A stretch of 64,000 bases of DNA, from positions 6,925 to 70,924 of the forward strand of contig CAUSPY010000003.1 in NCBI GenBank assembly GCA_963533665.1. The letters run 5' to 3'. Each line of letters opens with the position of its first letter. The first letter of the stretch is position 1. The notes under the pieces are model-generated. The model saw only the letters and a program-made list of their open reading frames with translations, searched no databases and was not told the origin of the DNA. The DNA comes from an uncultured Candidatus Saccharibacteria bacterium. GTDB taxonomy: Bacteria; Patescibacteriota; Saccharimonadia; Saccharimonadales; Saccharimonadaceae. Shown one piece after another: positions 20,058-28,948 of this stretch. A program made the position numbers and the translations under genes.

Positions 20058-20401
20058 CGCTTTGCTCCTTTCTCGAGATTTTTTAGCGAAGTGTTCAACA
20101 TTTTAATACGATCTTTTAGTTCATCCACCAGCTGCGCGCCAGTGTCGGTAAGCGAATAATATTTGCGCGGCGGCCCCTGCTCGCTCTCTTGCCATTCATG
20201 CTTGAGATAGCCATATTTCTGCAAGCGGCTCAGCAGCGGATAAATCGTACCCTCCACTACCATCAGGTCTGACTCGCTCAATTGCTTCACAATGTCGCCG
20301 GTATATTGCGGTTGTTTGGCACAAACCAGCAGCACACAGTAGACCAAAAAACCTTTACGCAGCTGAATCGCTAAGCTTTCGGCGTAAGCACTAACGTCCA
20401 T
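20054..20401 (-). CDS. PadR family transcriptional regulator
   Basis: 'GTIYPLLSRLQKYGYLKHEWQESEQGPPRKYYSLTDTG' is the PadR winged-helix signature. ATG 20401 has a gaggag SD. The track start at 20434 would overlap the ABC gene further. Confidence 0.85.
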   Translation of the reverse strand: MDVSAYAESLAIQLRKGFLVYCVLLVCAKQPQYTGDIVKQLSESDLMVVEGTIYPLLSRLQKYGYLKHEWQESEQGPPRKYYSLTDTGAQLVDELKDRIKMLNTSLKNLEKGAKR

Positions 20402-21089
20402 GCTTTTTCTCCTCTGGCACGGTCGATTTCTCAACCCGCCCGTCTTTAATTATGATCTGATAATCGCATTTCTTCGCCAGGTCGACGTCGTGTGTCACTA
20501 CAATCAGCGTGACACCCTTTTGCTTATTATAATCAAATAGCAATCCTTCCACCTTAGCGCCAGTTTCGCTGTCCAGGTTGCCGGTCGGCTCGTCGGCAAA
20601 GATGATTTGCGGATCGCCGACAATCGCCCGAGCAATCGCCAAGCGCTGCTTTTGCCCGCCCGACAAATCTTTGGCACGATTTTTGCGCTTATCGTACAAA
20701 TCCACCGCTTTAAGCGCCGCGTTGATTTTGTGCGCCCGCTTTTTGCGCGGCAGCCGCGCAATTTCCAGCGGCAAACTGACGTTGTCAACCACACTCTCAT
20801 TGCCCTGGACGAAGAAACTTTGGAAAATAAAGCCAATTTTTTTAGCACGGAATTCATCGACATGCTTTGACTTTAGTTGCAAGATATCTTGTCCGTCAAT
20901 GATAACTTGGCCTTTTTGCGGCTTATCCAATCCCGAGATGGCATGCATCAGCGTCGATTTTCCTGAACCAGATTTACCGAGGATAGCCACGCTAGTTCCT
21001 GTCGGAATAGTTAAGCTGATATTTTTTAACGCCGTAAATTGGTTTTTCTTTTTGCCGTAAATTTTCGTCACATTCTTTAGTTCAATCAT
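20391..21089 (-). CDS. ABC transporter ATP-binding protein (MacB/LolD-like)
   Basis: 'GKSGSGKST', 'LSGGQKQRLAIARA' and 'IFADEPTGNLD'. Confidence 0.9.
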   Translation of the reverse strand: MIELKNVTKIYGKKKNQFTALKNISLTIPTGTSVAILGKSGSGKSTLMHAISGLDKPQKGQVIIDGQDILQLKSKHVDEFRAKKIGFIFQSFFVQGNESVVDNVSLPLEIARLPRKKRAHKINAALKAVDLYDKRKNRAKDLSGGQKQRLAIARAIVGDPQIIFADEPTGNLDSETGAKVEGLLFDYNKQKGVTLIVVTHDVDLAKKCDYQIIIKDGRVEKSTVPEEKKHGR

Positions 21090-21099
21090 GATATTTCTC

Positions 21100-22389
21100 C
21101 TATTCCGTCCTTAATGCCTCAATTGGGTCCAATTTTGTTGCTTTGCGGCTTGGCAACCAGCCGGAAATAACCGCCATCACAACTAGTCCAATCACTAGTA
21201 GCCCGATTTGCAGCGGATCAATTACTAGCAAATTCGTCCCGGCACCTAATTTTAAGACACTGTCAATCACCGGGTTCAGCAACGTCACTAAACTCGCCAA
21301 CCCAACGCCAATCAAGCCGCCTAGCAAACCAACCCATGCTGCCTCATAACGGAACATTTTACCGATATCACGGCCTCTCATCCCCAGAGCCTTCATCAAG
21401 CCAATTTGGCTAGTACGCTCCAGTACCGAAATATACATAGTGTTAATAATCCCAAATACACTGGCAAGCAGCGCCAAGCCGCCAAATCCTGCCAACAGCA
21501 TTTGTGCTGCATTAACTAGCTTTAGCAACGTTTGACGAATATCCTGAATTGAATAAGCGCTATAATCTTTACTAATTTCGTCTTTCACGGTATCAACATT
21601 TTTCTCATCATCCACCATAGCAATCGCCGTTGAATACTGATGCGGTTGGTTCTTATCATGGCTAAATTCATAGATAGCCTTAGCGTCAGCTGTCGAGATC
21701 CTCAGCATTGGCTCATAGAACAAAACAGTGTCTGACTTTTTATCCACTGCCGCAATCTTGAACGACACCTCTTTGGCGACATCTCCACCCTGCGCTGCGC
21801 TACGCACGCCCAACGTAATCGTCTGACCAATCGCTGACTGCGCATCCTTAAAGCCCAACTGCTTTACATAATCATCCGGGATGATGATCTCACCTGGCTT
21901 TGGCATGAAGTCTTCCAACGTTCCCGCTGCCAATTCCGCTCGAGTCCTATCCATTTTAACAGCCACCGTCAGTGCAAATTTTTTATCACTCGCTGAGCTT
22001 TTAGCATAGGCGACGCCATCAGTTGAATACGCTGGTGTTACCGTTTTTACATGCGGCGTTTGGCGGATTTTTTCCAAGTCCTTGTCGTTCAGCAAATATT
22101 TGCTGCGCGCCGCCGATGCTTTATTCTTGTCAGCCTCTTCTGCCGAACTACCATACTCTGGCAATTGATCCTTCTTCTCGGATTCAACTTTTTTACCAAC
22201 CATAATCACTTTCTTGTCGCCAGCCGCATCGACCATACTGTTGGTATACAGCCGACCACCTTCGCCAGCCATCAACGCCAGCCCAATCGTAAACGCCCCG
22301 ACCGAAATCGCCAGCGCCGTCAAAATCGTCCGGCCTTTCGACTGGCGGAGATTGCGCCCCGCCCGCTTGATGATATCAATTCTTCTCAT
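21100..22389 (-). CDS. ABC transporter permease, FtsX/MacB-type
   Basis: The topology is an N-terminal TM, a large extracytoplasmic domain, then a C-terminal FtsX-like three-TM module. Confidence 0.85.
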   Translation of the reverse strand: MRRIDIIKRAGRNLRQSKGRTILTALAISVGAFTIGLALMAGEGGRLYTNSMVDAAGDKKVIMVGKKVESEKKDQLPEYGSSAEEADKNKASAARSKYLLNDKDLEKIRQTPHVKTVTPAYSTDGVAYAKSSASDKKFALTVAVKMDRTRAELAAGTLEDFMPKPGEIIIPDDYVKQLGFKDAQSAIGQTITLGVRSAAQGGDVAKEVSFKIAAVDKKSDTVLFYEPMLRISTADAKAIYEFSHDKNQPHQYSTAIAMVDDEKNVDTVKDEISKDYSAYSIQDIRQTLLKLVNAAQMLLAGFGGLALLASVFGIINTMYISVLERTSQIGLMKALGMRGRDIGKMFRYEAAWVGLLGGLIGVGLASLVTLLNPVIDSVLKLGAGTNLLVIDPLQIGLLVIGLVVMAVISGWLPSRKATKLDPIEALRTE

Positions 22390-22397
22390 GCTATGCT

Positions 22398-22437
22398 CCT
22401 TGTATTTTCATTATACATAGTACTATGTTATACAAGG
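22398..22437. promoter_or_regulatory. Nested inverted repeats at the ABC/PadR operon promoter, a candidate PadR operator
   Basis: A perfect 14-bp palindrome acatagtactatgt (22415-22428) is nested in 8-bp arms ccttgtat (22398-22405) and atacaagg (22430-22437). It abuts the minus-strand TATAAT at 22410-22415. Confidence 0.4.
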
Positions 22438-22549
22438 TACTATAAAAAGTCAAGTACTTTTAAATAAATCATCACCCAAATAACAACCTACCCCTTAGAA
22501 TTCTTCGATTTTTATTTTTACTTTACAGCAAGCCGAGAGATTACCTACC

Positions 22550-23503
22550 CTATTCCTCATCATATTCATCCTCAATCTCCTGGTCCAAAATCTCTTCAAT
22601 CACGTCCTCCAGCGTGATAATCCCTAGCTCATTCTCGTCACCCATCACCACAAATAAATGATTGCGGGTTTGGATAAATCGACTGAGCACCGTGTCCAGC
22701 CGCGACCGCGCGTCAATGTCATGAATCTTATCGCGGTACAATTGACTGATTGGCAGTGGCAGCTCGCGCCCCGCCACATCTTTGACGTATAAAATCCCTA
22801 CCAGCCGCCCATCAGCCCGCACCGGAATCCGCGAATGTCCAGTGTGTTTGATCTGCGCCAGCAGTGTCGCATCCAGTTCATCATCCAACTCCACCGTAAA
22901 CACCTCACTCATCGGCGTTACCAAATCACCAGCCGTCTTTTTACTAAATTGCAGCGCACCCGCCGCGATCCGACTTTCGTCGTAGTCAACCGGACTGTCC
23001 GACCGCTCAGCATGCTCGTGAATAATCTGTTCCAGTTCTTGGTGTGAGTACAGCTGCGGCGCTTCCTTGCCTAGCCAGCGGTTCAGCAGCTTGGACATCG
23101 GCCGAGCCAGCGGCCAAAATAACACATAAATCACATCCAGCAGCCAAAAGAAATGCCGCACAAAACGATAGCCGCGCTGAGTAAAAATCGCTTGCGGCAA
23201 AATCTCACCAAACATCGTGATCAGCAATGTGGCAATCAACCCGCCAATCACGCCGTTCGTCATATTACCCAGTAGAATTGACATCGCCGTATTGACGCCA
23301 ACGTTACCCAGCAAAATACAAAAGATCAGATAATATCCATCTTTGCGGTAGCGGTAGACTCGTGCAGCGATTGCGTCGCCCTGCCGGGCCTTGCGCCGCA
23401 AATCATCCGGCCGTGCCATCATCAACCCAATATTAAGACCTGAAAACGACCCCGACAGCACCAGCAGCACCGCCGCCATCGCCAATAATAAAATATCAGA
23501 CAC
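22550..23503 (-). CDS. CNNM/DUF21 transmembrane domain plus CBS-pair protein (HlyC/CorC-like)
   Basis: Four N-terminal TMs are followed by CBS-like repeats ('HSRIPV...', 'LGIITLEDVIEEI'). Confidence 0.8.
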   Translation of the reverse strand: MSDILLLAMAAVLLVLSGSFSGLNIGLMMARPDDLRRKARQGDAIAARVYRYRKDGYYLIFCILLGNVGVNTAMSILLGNMTNGVIGGLIATLLITMFGEILPQAIFTQRGYRFVRHFFWLLDVIYVLFWPLARPMSKLLNRWLGKEAPQLYSHQELEQIIHEHAERSDSPVDYDESRIAAGALQFSKKTAGDLVTPMSEVFTVELDDELDATLLAQIKHTGHSRIPVRADGRLVGILYVKDVAGRELPLPISQLYRDKIHDIDARSRLDTVLSRFIQTRNHLFVVMGDENELGIITLEDVIEEILDQEIEDEYDEE

Positions 23504-23505
23504 GG

Positions 23506-25260
23506 TTACCAGCCGCCGCCTCCGCCTCCGCCGCCTCCGCCGCCAACGAAGCCGCCGCCAGTTGAGCCGCCAGAGGTCGAAGAGTAATCACTGGCACTAC
23601 TGGCCACGCTCGACAGACTGTTCATTCCAGCTGCAAATGCCGCCGCATTAAACGCACCCTGACCACTGTACCAATCGGGCTGCTCGCCAACCTGCTCATA
23701 GTACTTACCCAGCTGCGCACTCCACTCTTTTTCCTGTCCAAACAACACCGCGTATGGTAATACCCTTTCATACAATTTCACCAATTGTTTCTCATCAGCC
23801 GTATCAATCTTCACTTTTTCCGCACCCTCAGGACTCTGAAGCATCCGTAAACGCTCGGTCTCAGCCGCACCTATATACATCTTTAACCCTGCCAAATACC
23901 GTCTGAGCGCCAAACCCTCATCAGTCAGCGACCATCCAAATGACAACGCGAATAATATTGCCGCCACTGCCAGTAAAAGCGGCGACAGCAGCAATACACC
24001 AATAATACCAATCTCCAGCGCCCATCTTTGTACGGCTCGTTTATTAGCTGGCTTTTGTTCGCACAAACCATATTTGCCGCATACCAAATTCTTCAAATTC
24101 CTATCATCATCGCGTGTCCGCGCCGCATATGACATACTATTCTGCAGCTTTTTTAGGTTCAGCCGCTGGCCTGGATTTGGCATCGACGAGCCAAACATGT
24201 CCCGAACAACTTCGGATTCCTCAGGCCTCAATTCTTTCAAATCTTTGACAATTTCAATTTCATACTGCACAGGCCGGAAAAACGACGTCTTCTTCATTTC
24301 GTATAGTTTAATATAGTGCCGCACCGCCAAGTCCAGCATCTGGGCTACCTTTGCCGAGCCCTTAACCATCAAGGCGTCATATTTCTTCAGGATATACGCT
24401 GAAGCCAGCACGCTCGCTTGATTTGGCGGCAGATATTCCGGCGGAATTGGCTTTAATTCATTTTTCCTACCAAACAACCGCCGATATCGCCAACTACACC
24501 AGATCATCAAAATAACCGCCAAAATACTTGCTGGTATCTGTACCATTGCCCAAATTTTTATCAGTCTTTCAATCAACGACTCCTGATATACAGCAAACGT
24601 ACCGCTATTAAAACCGACCGCCATCGTCACGCCTTCCCGACGGTTCAGCCTGCTCACATTCGTAACAGTCTCACCATTACCACCGCTGACATTACACCGT
24701 TTAGTTGAGCCATACCTGCCGACATAACAGAATAGTTCGCCGCGCTGCGCCGCCTGAAGCGACCGGTCAATTTTCATTGACACTCGCACATTTTCCATTG
24801 GTACGCGCCACTCATTACCGATGACATCCCAGTAAAACTCATCGCGGCCCGTATCTTTATAATGCTTAGTCACGTCGCGTTGGGTAAATTTGATGATATA
24901 GGTTTTTTCGCCCCTGACGTAGGTGTCCTTATCACCAATCCGCAGTTCATTGCCATTCCAAGAATGCTTCAGCGACGCACCCCGCTCATCAGTCACCGAC
25001 TTTATAGAAAAGCTCGTTGAATGCCCATCGTAATTTCTCACAAATATCGGCGCAATACCGTGATTTTGATTCGGCGGAAAATTAGCAGTAATTCGCCACG
25101 TCGCCGCCAAAGTTGAACGATTCTCGCCGTCGCGGCCCAATGAATACTCCGCGTCAAATTTAGTGATGGTAAAATTATCCGTCTGCGCCGCAAACGCCGC
25201 TTGGCCAGATCCAACTAATAAAGATCCAGCGATTAGTATCCCCAATATAAGTCGCTTCAT
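23506..25260 (-). CDS. DUF2207-like membrane protein with a poly-Gly C-terminal tail
   Basis: A signal peptide and a beta-rich ectodomain are followed by TMs and the tail 'GGSTGGGFVGGGGGGGGGGGW', typical of that family (from memory). ATG 25260 lies 6 nt after TGATATAAT. Confidence 0.65.
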   Translation of the reverse strand: MKRLILGILIAGSLLVGSGQAAFAAQTDNFTITKFDAEYSLGRDGENRSTLAATWRITANFPPNQNHGIAPIFVRNYDGHSTSFSIKSVTDERGASLKHSWNGNELRIGDKDTYVRGEKTYIIKFTQRDVTKHYKDTGRDEFYWDVIGNEWRVPMENVRVSMKIDRSLQAAQRGELFCYVGRYGSTKRCNVSGGNGETVTNVSRLNRREGVTMAVGFNSGTFAVYQESLIERLIKIWAMVQIPASILAVILMIWCSWRYRRLFGRKNELKPIPPEYLPPNQASVLASAYILKKYDALMVKGSAKVAQMLDLAVRHYIKLYEMKKTSFFRPVQYEIEIVKDLKELRPEESEVVRDMFGSSMPNPGQRLNLKKLQNSMSYAARTRDDDRNLKNLVCGKYGLCEQKPANKRAVQRWALEIGIIGVLLLSPLLLAVAAILFALSFGWSLTDEGLALRRYLAGLKMYIGAAETERLRMLQSPEGAEKVKIDTADEKQLVKLYERVLPYAVLFGQEKEWSAQLGKYYEQVGEQPDWYSGQGAFNAAAFAAGMNSLSSVASSASDYSSTSGGSTGGGFVGGGGGGGGGGGW

Positions 25261-25310
25261 ACTCCCATTATATCAAGAAAATCCGCGAAAAGAGACGGGC
25301 AACCACCACA

Positions 25311-25553
25311 CTATCCTGTCTTGTCAAAAATTGTTGTCATCAGCTCACCGAACTGCTCCTTTAACGGGATAGCAATACCGCGATTCTCGTCACCCAATAC
25401 GATTAGCGTATCGCCCGGCTTGATGTCAAATATCTGGCGCGCTTGTTTAGGTATAACAATTTGCCCACGCTCGCCCACTTTTACCGTCCAGGCATACTTC
25501 CCCTTAGGAAAACTTTCCTTATTTAACTGCGCGTCTTTTTTTACTTTATCCAT
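25311..25553 (-). CDS. AbrB/MazE/SpoVT-type DNA-binding protein
   Basis: 'GERGQIVIPKQARQIFDIKPGDTLIVL' is a looped-hinge-helix signature. It is 80 aa long, with TGCTATAAT and an aaaggaag SD upstream. Confidence 0.75.
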   Translation of the reverse strand: MDKVKKDAQLNKESFPKGKYAWTVKVGERGQIVIPKQARQIFDIKPGDTLIVLGDENRGIAIPLKEQFGELMTTIFDKTG

Positions 25554-25715
25554 AAATAATTTTACTTCCTTTTACTTGCATATTATAGCATATTCATCTA
25601 TAGTTAAATTCATACAAATCATATTTTTCATACAAATGGAGATATCGTTGTTATAAACAAATCATGCACAGACAATACCAAACCGACGAAAAAACACCCG
25701 CGAAGGAAGCGTATC

Positions 25716-26807
25716 GTGTATATAATTGCAATCATTATAGCACTAATCGGAATCTGTCTCGCGTTTTACGCTCATCGCAACTTAACCTATGACCACGATA
25801 CACAGGCAAAATTACAGCAAGCTGGTTTTCAGGAGAAACAAGCAAAATTACCAGATGGCTCAGTGCTCAACTACGGTGAAGGCCCAGCAAACGGTCCGGC
25901 ATTAGTTTTATTACACGGACAACAAGTTTCATGGGAAGATTACGCGCCAGTTTTACCTGAACTTGCCAAGCGGTACCATATCTATGCCATCGACTATTAT
26001 GGACACGGCGGCTCCAGCAAGAACCCAGCGAAATATTCAGCCACAGCCATTAGCACCGATATTAGCTGGTTCATTCGCCAATACATCAAGCAGCCAGTTA
26101 TCATTTCAGGACATTCGTCAGGCGGTTTATTAGCCAGCTTAATCACCGCTGATGCGCCCGACATGGTGCGCGGCTTGGTTATCGAAGACGCGCCGTTCTT
26201 TACTACCGAAAAAGGCCGTGCCGAATCAACTTTTTCCTGGAGAAGCTTTAAAGACATGCACGATTTCCTGGTGAGCGGACAGTCGAATTTTACGCAGTAT
26301 TGGCTCGATCATACATACATGCAGACTCTGTTTAATACCAAAGATCCAAACGCTTGGGATAAGATCGTCAAGAAACCAGCTCTTCAATATATGAAGCAAC
26401 ATCCTGGCAAAATCCCGCGTATTTGGTACTATCCTCCAGAGCTACAAGTCAATACCTTGTTCGATCTCACTGCAAATATGCAAGACAAAACTGGCGAATA
26501 CGACCTACGATTTGGACAAACCTTTTATAACTTTAGCTGGTTTAATGAATTTGATCAAACAGCAACCCTAAAACGTATCACCAAGCCGTCAATTCTACTC
26601 CACGTGGCGCCGCCAACACAATCTGGGAGCTACTATGACGAACACGGCGTACTAGCCAGTGCTATGGACGATAAAGACACCCAGCGCGTACACGAGTTAT
26701 TGGGTTCTAAAAATAAGCTGATTGACAATATCAAATCATCGCATGACATCCATAAAGACCAGCCAAAAGTTTTCATCGAGGCAATTGACGAAATTGCCCG
26801 CCACTAA
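25716..26807 (+). CDS. Alpha/beta-fold hydrolase with an N-terminal membrane anchor
   Basis: 'LVLLHGQQ' and the nucleophile elbow 'ISGHSSGGLLA'. The start is a GTG preceded by a gaaggaag SD. Confidence 0.8.
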   Translation: MYIIAIIIALIGICLAFYAHRNLTYDHDTQAKLQQAGFQEKQAKLPDGSVLNYGEGPANGPALVLLHGQQVSWEDYAPVLPELAKRYHIYAIDYYGHGGSSKNPAKYSATAISTDISWFIRQYIKQPVIISGHSSGGLLASLITADAPDMVRGLVIEDAPFFTTEKGRAESTFSWRSFKDMHDFLVSGQSNFTQYWLDHTYMQTLFNTKDPNAWDKIVKKPALQYMKQHPGKIPRIWYYPPELQVNTLFDLTANMQDKTGEYDLRFGQTFYNFSWFNEFDQTATLKRITKPSILLHVAPPTQSGSYYDEHGVLASAMDDKDTQRVHELLGSKNKLIDNIKSSHDIHKDQPKVFIEAIDEIARH

Positions 26808-26808
26808 G

Positions 26809-28311
26809 CTACAACTTCACTTCTGGATAAATCGCCCGCGTCGTCTCGTCAATCTCGCTTCTTAGCTGCGGGAATGGCACGCCCTCGCGGGCAGTTACGC
26901 CTTCAAAAATCCAGAATACCCGCTCAGAATAACCCCAGCCGCAAGCTGGCGGCATACCGTACTCCAGCATCTCCACAAAGTCGATATCCAGCATCATTGC
27001 CTCGTCATCGCCCGCATCGCGCATCTGCTGCTGCTCAACAAAACGATTCAGCTGATCAATCGGGTCATTCAACTCAGAAAAACCATTCCCCAGCTCCGAC
27101 CCGGCAATAATCGGCTGGAAACGCTCCACCGTCTGCGGATTTTCAGGGTTGGTCTTAGATAGCGGACTGATAAACTTCGGCGTATTCACCAACCACACCG
27201 GCCCAGCCACATCTTTCCGAATATTCTTCCATAATTTATCGATACTGCGCGGAATGGAGTCGGTCTTCTCCACTTCCAAGCCATGCTCTTTCAACTTGGC
27301 AGCTACCTCTTCAATCGTTGTATTATACACATCAATTCCATAGTGCTTGCCGATCACCTCGGCATAATCCCAAACTTCCCACTCGCCGCTCATATCGACC
27401 GTAAACTGGCCCAGCTGAAACTGCAGCGTGCCAAACGTTTTCTGCAATACATATTTATACATATCCTCCATGAAGCGCATGCCAGCTCGCCAATCCCAGT
27501 ATGCGGCGTACCACTCCATAGCGACGTGTTCTGGCAAATGCTCATCGGAATAATTCTCATTGCGAAAACGCGGCCCAAGATCATAAACTTTCTCAAACCC
27601 AGCGCCAACCAATCGCTTCAACGGCAGCTCGTGAGAAATGCGTAGGTAAAACTGCTGGTCGTCCAGCGCGTCCATATGCGTCACAAATGGATTAGCGTCA
27701 GCACCGCCGGTAGTGTGTTCCAACACTGGCACATTCACCTCAGTAAAGCCGTGACTGTTTAGATAATCGCGCGTCGCCTGCCAAAACTTACTGCGGCGAA
27801 CAAACCGCTGACGTACCTCTGGATTGACATTCATATCAACATAGCGGCGGCGGAAACGCTCTTCTTTGTTCTCTAGTTTTTCGGGCATCGGCCTGAGTGA
27901 CTTAGTTAACAACCGTAGCTCATGCACGCCAACCGACTTTTCGCCAGTCTGCGTTGCCATCATCACTCCACGTGCCTCGATAAAATCACCCGTATCCAGA
28001 AGCTTCAGCTGTTTCATGCCCAATACGCCGCGGCTAGCGTCCAATTCCGCCACATCGTCGCGCTGCAAATATAACTGCACCTCACCAGATTGATCGCGCA
28101 GTTTGATGAACGCCAGCTTACCAAAACTGCGGATTGAAGTGATGCGACCCGCCACAACCACTTCCCGGCCCGCCAACTCATCATACCGTGCCAAAACCTC
28201 GCCGCAACCATGCGTCCGCTCCGACCGCGCCGGATACGGATCAACACCCAATTCACGCAGGGTTTCTAATTTTCTTAAACGTTCATTTCGGTAATCTTGT
28301 AATGTCGCCAT
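26809..28311 (-). CDS. lysS: Lysyl-tRNA synthetase, class II
   Basis: OB-fold N-domain plus class II motifs ('GPRFRNENYSDEHLPE', 'GSELGNGFSELNDP', 'PPACGWGYSERVF'). Confidence 0.95.
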   Translation of the reverse strand: MATLQDYRNERLRKLETLRELGVDPYPARSERTHGCGEVLARYDELAGREVVVAGRITSIRSFGKLAFIKLRDQSGEVQLYLQRDDVAELDASRGVLGMKQLKLLDTGDFIEARGVMMATQTGEKSVGVHELRLLTKSLRPMPEKLENKEERFRRRYVDMNVNPEVRQRFVRRSKFWQATRDYLNSHGFTEVNVPVLEHTTGGADANPFVTHMDALDDQQFYLRISHELPLKRLVGAGFEKVYDLGPRFRNENYSDEHLPEHVAMEWYAAYWDWRAGMRFMEDMYKYVLQKTFGTLQFQLGQFTVDMSGEWEVWDYAEVIGKHYGIDVYNTTIEEVAAKLKEHGLEVEKTDSIPRSIDKLWKNIRKDVAGPVWLVNTPKFISPLSKTNPENPQTVERFQPIIAGSELGNGFSELNDPIDQLNRFVEQQQMRDAGDDEAMMLDIDFVEMLEYGMPPACGWGYSERVFWIFEGVTAREGVPFPQLRSEIDETTRAIYPEVKL

Positions 28312-28372
28312 AACAGAGATAATTATAGCACACTCACTTGAGCCATGAACCGATGAGACCTAAAAGCCGTCT

Positions 28373-28828
28373 TTATGATATCGACTTAACAATATAAACT
28401 ATCTCTGCTTTCGGCGTCTTAATTTTTACCTCATCGCCAACTTTCTTGCCCATCAACTCCTTGCCAATTGGTGATTCGTTAGAAATCTTACCCGCCAAAG
28501 GATCAGCTTCCACCGGACCGACCACTGTATAAGTAACCGTCTTATTAGCCGACTGCAGTTCCACCGTACTGCCTAAAACTACCGCCGAGCCATCACTCAA
28601 TTGAATTATCTCGGCGTTCTGCAAAATTTCTTCAATTTCAGCAATCCTAGTCTCGACCAGGCCCTGCTCTTTACGGGCAGCATCATATTCCGCATTCTCC
28701 CTCAAATCGCCAAAATCACGCGCAACTGCAATTTTCTCGGCAATCTCGCCGCGCCGGCTTTTTAGATCCGCCAATTCTACCTCTAAATCACCCTTGCCTT
28801 TTTCTGTAATCTGGTACGTCTTTTTCAT
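28373..28828 (-). CDS. greA: Transcription elongation factor GreA
   Basis: 'ITEKGKGDLEVELADLKSRRGEIAEKIAVARDFGDLRENAEYDAARKEQ' is the canonical Gre coiled coil. I prefer the start at MKKTYQ. Confidence 0.9.
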   Translation of the reverse strand: MKKTYQITEKGKGDLEVELADLKSRRGEIAEKIAVARDFGDLRENAEYDAARKEQGLVETRIAEIEEILQNAEIIQLSDGSAVVLGSTVELQSANKTVTYTVVGPVEADPLAGKISNESPIGKELMGKKVGDEVKIKTPKAEIVYIVKSIS

Positions 28829-28948
28829 TAGATTCCCCTTAACTTTCATATATAGCGTGTATGATCAACGAAAAACACTATATATAGCGTTCATTTACCT
28901 TTTCAATCCCTACGAGTATACCAATCGCCGCCTAGGCTGTCAATGTTT

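Noticed and set aside
20504-20863. A same-strand alternative-frame ORF (119 aa) inside the ABC ATPase gene. The ORF at 36131..36421 inside the coiled-coil gene region is similar.
   Set aside because: They are out of frame with well-supported genes, Arg/Cys-rich and without starts that have an SD. The ORF at 36131..36421 is better explained by the frameshift junction discussed in the findings.
23509-23575. A GCC/GCN-rich tandem tract, considered as a possible microsatellite or CRISPR-like repeat.
   Set aside because: It is in frame and encodes the poly-Gly C-terminal tail of the DUF2207-like protein. It has no spacer/repeat organisation.
28847-28889. A direct repeat tatatagcg (28849-28857 and 28881-28889) upstream of greA.
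   Set aside because: It is most simply two overlapping TATA-rich -10 candidates in an AT-rich leader, and the evidence for a specific operator is insufficient.
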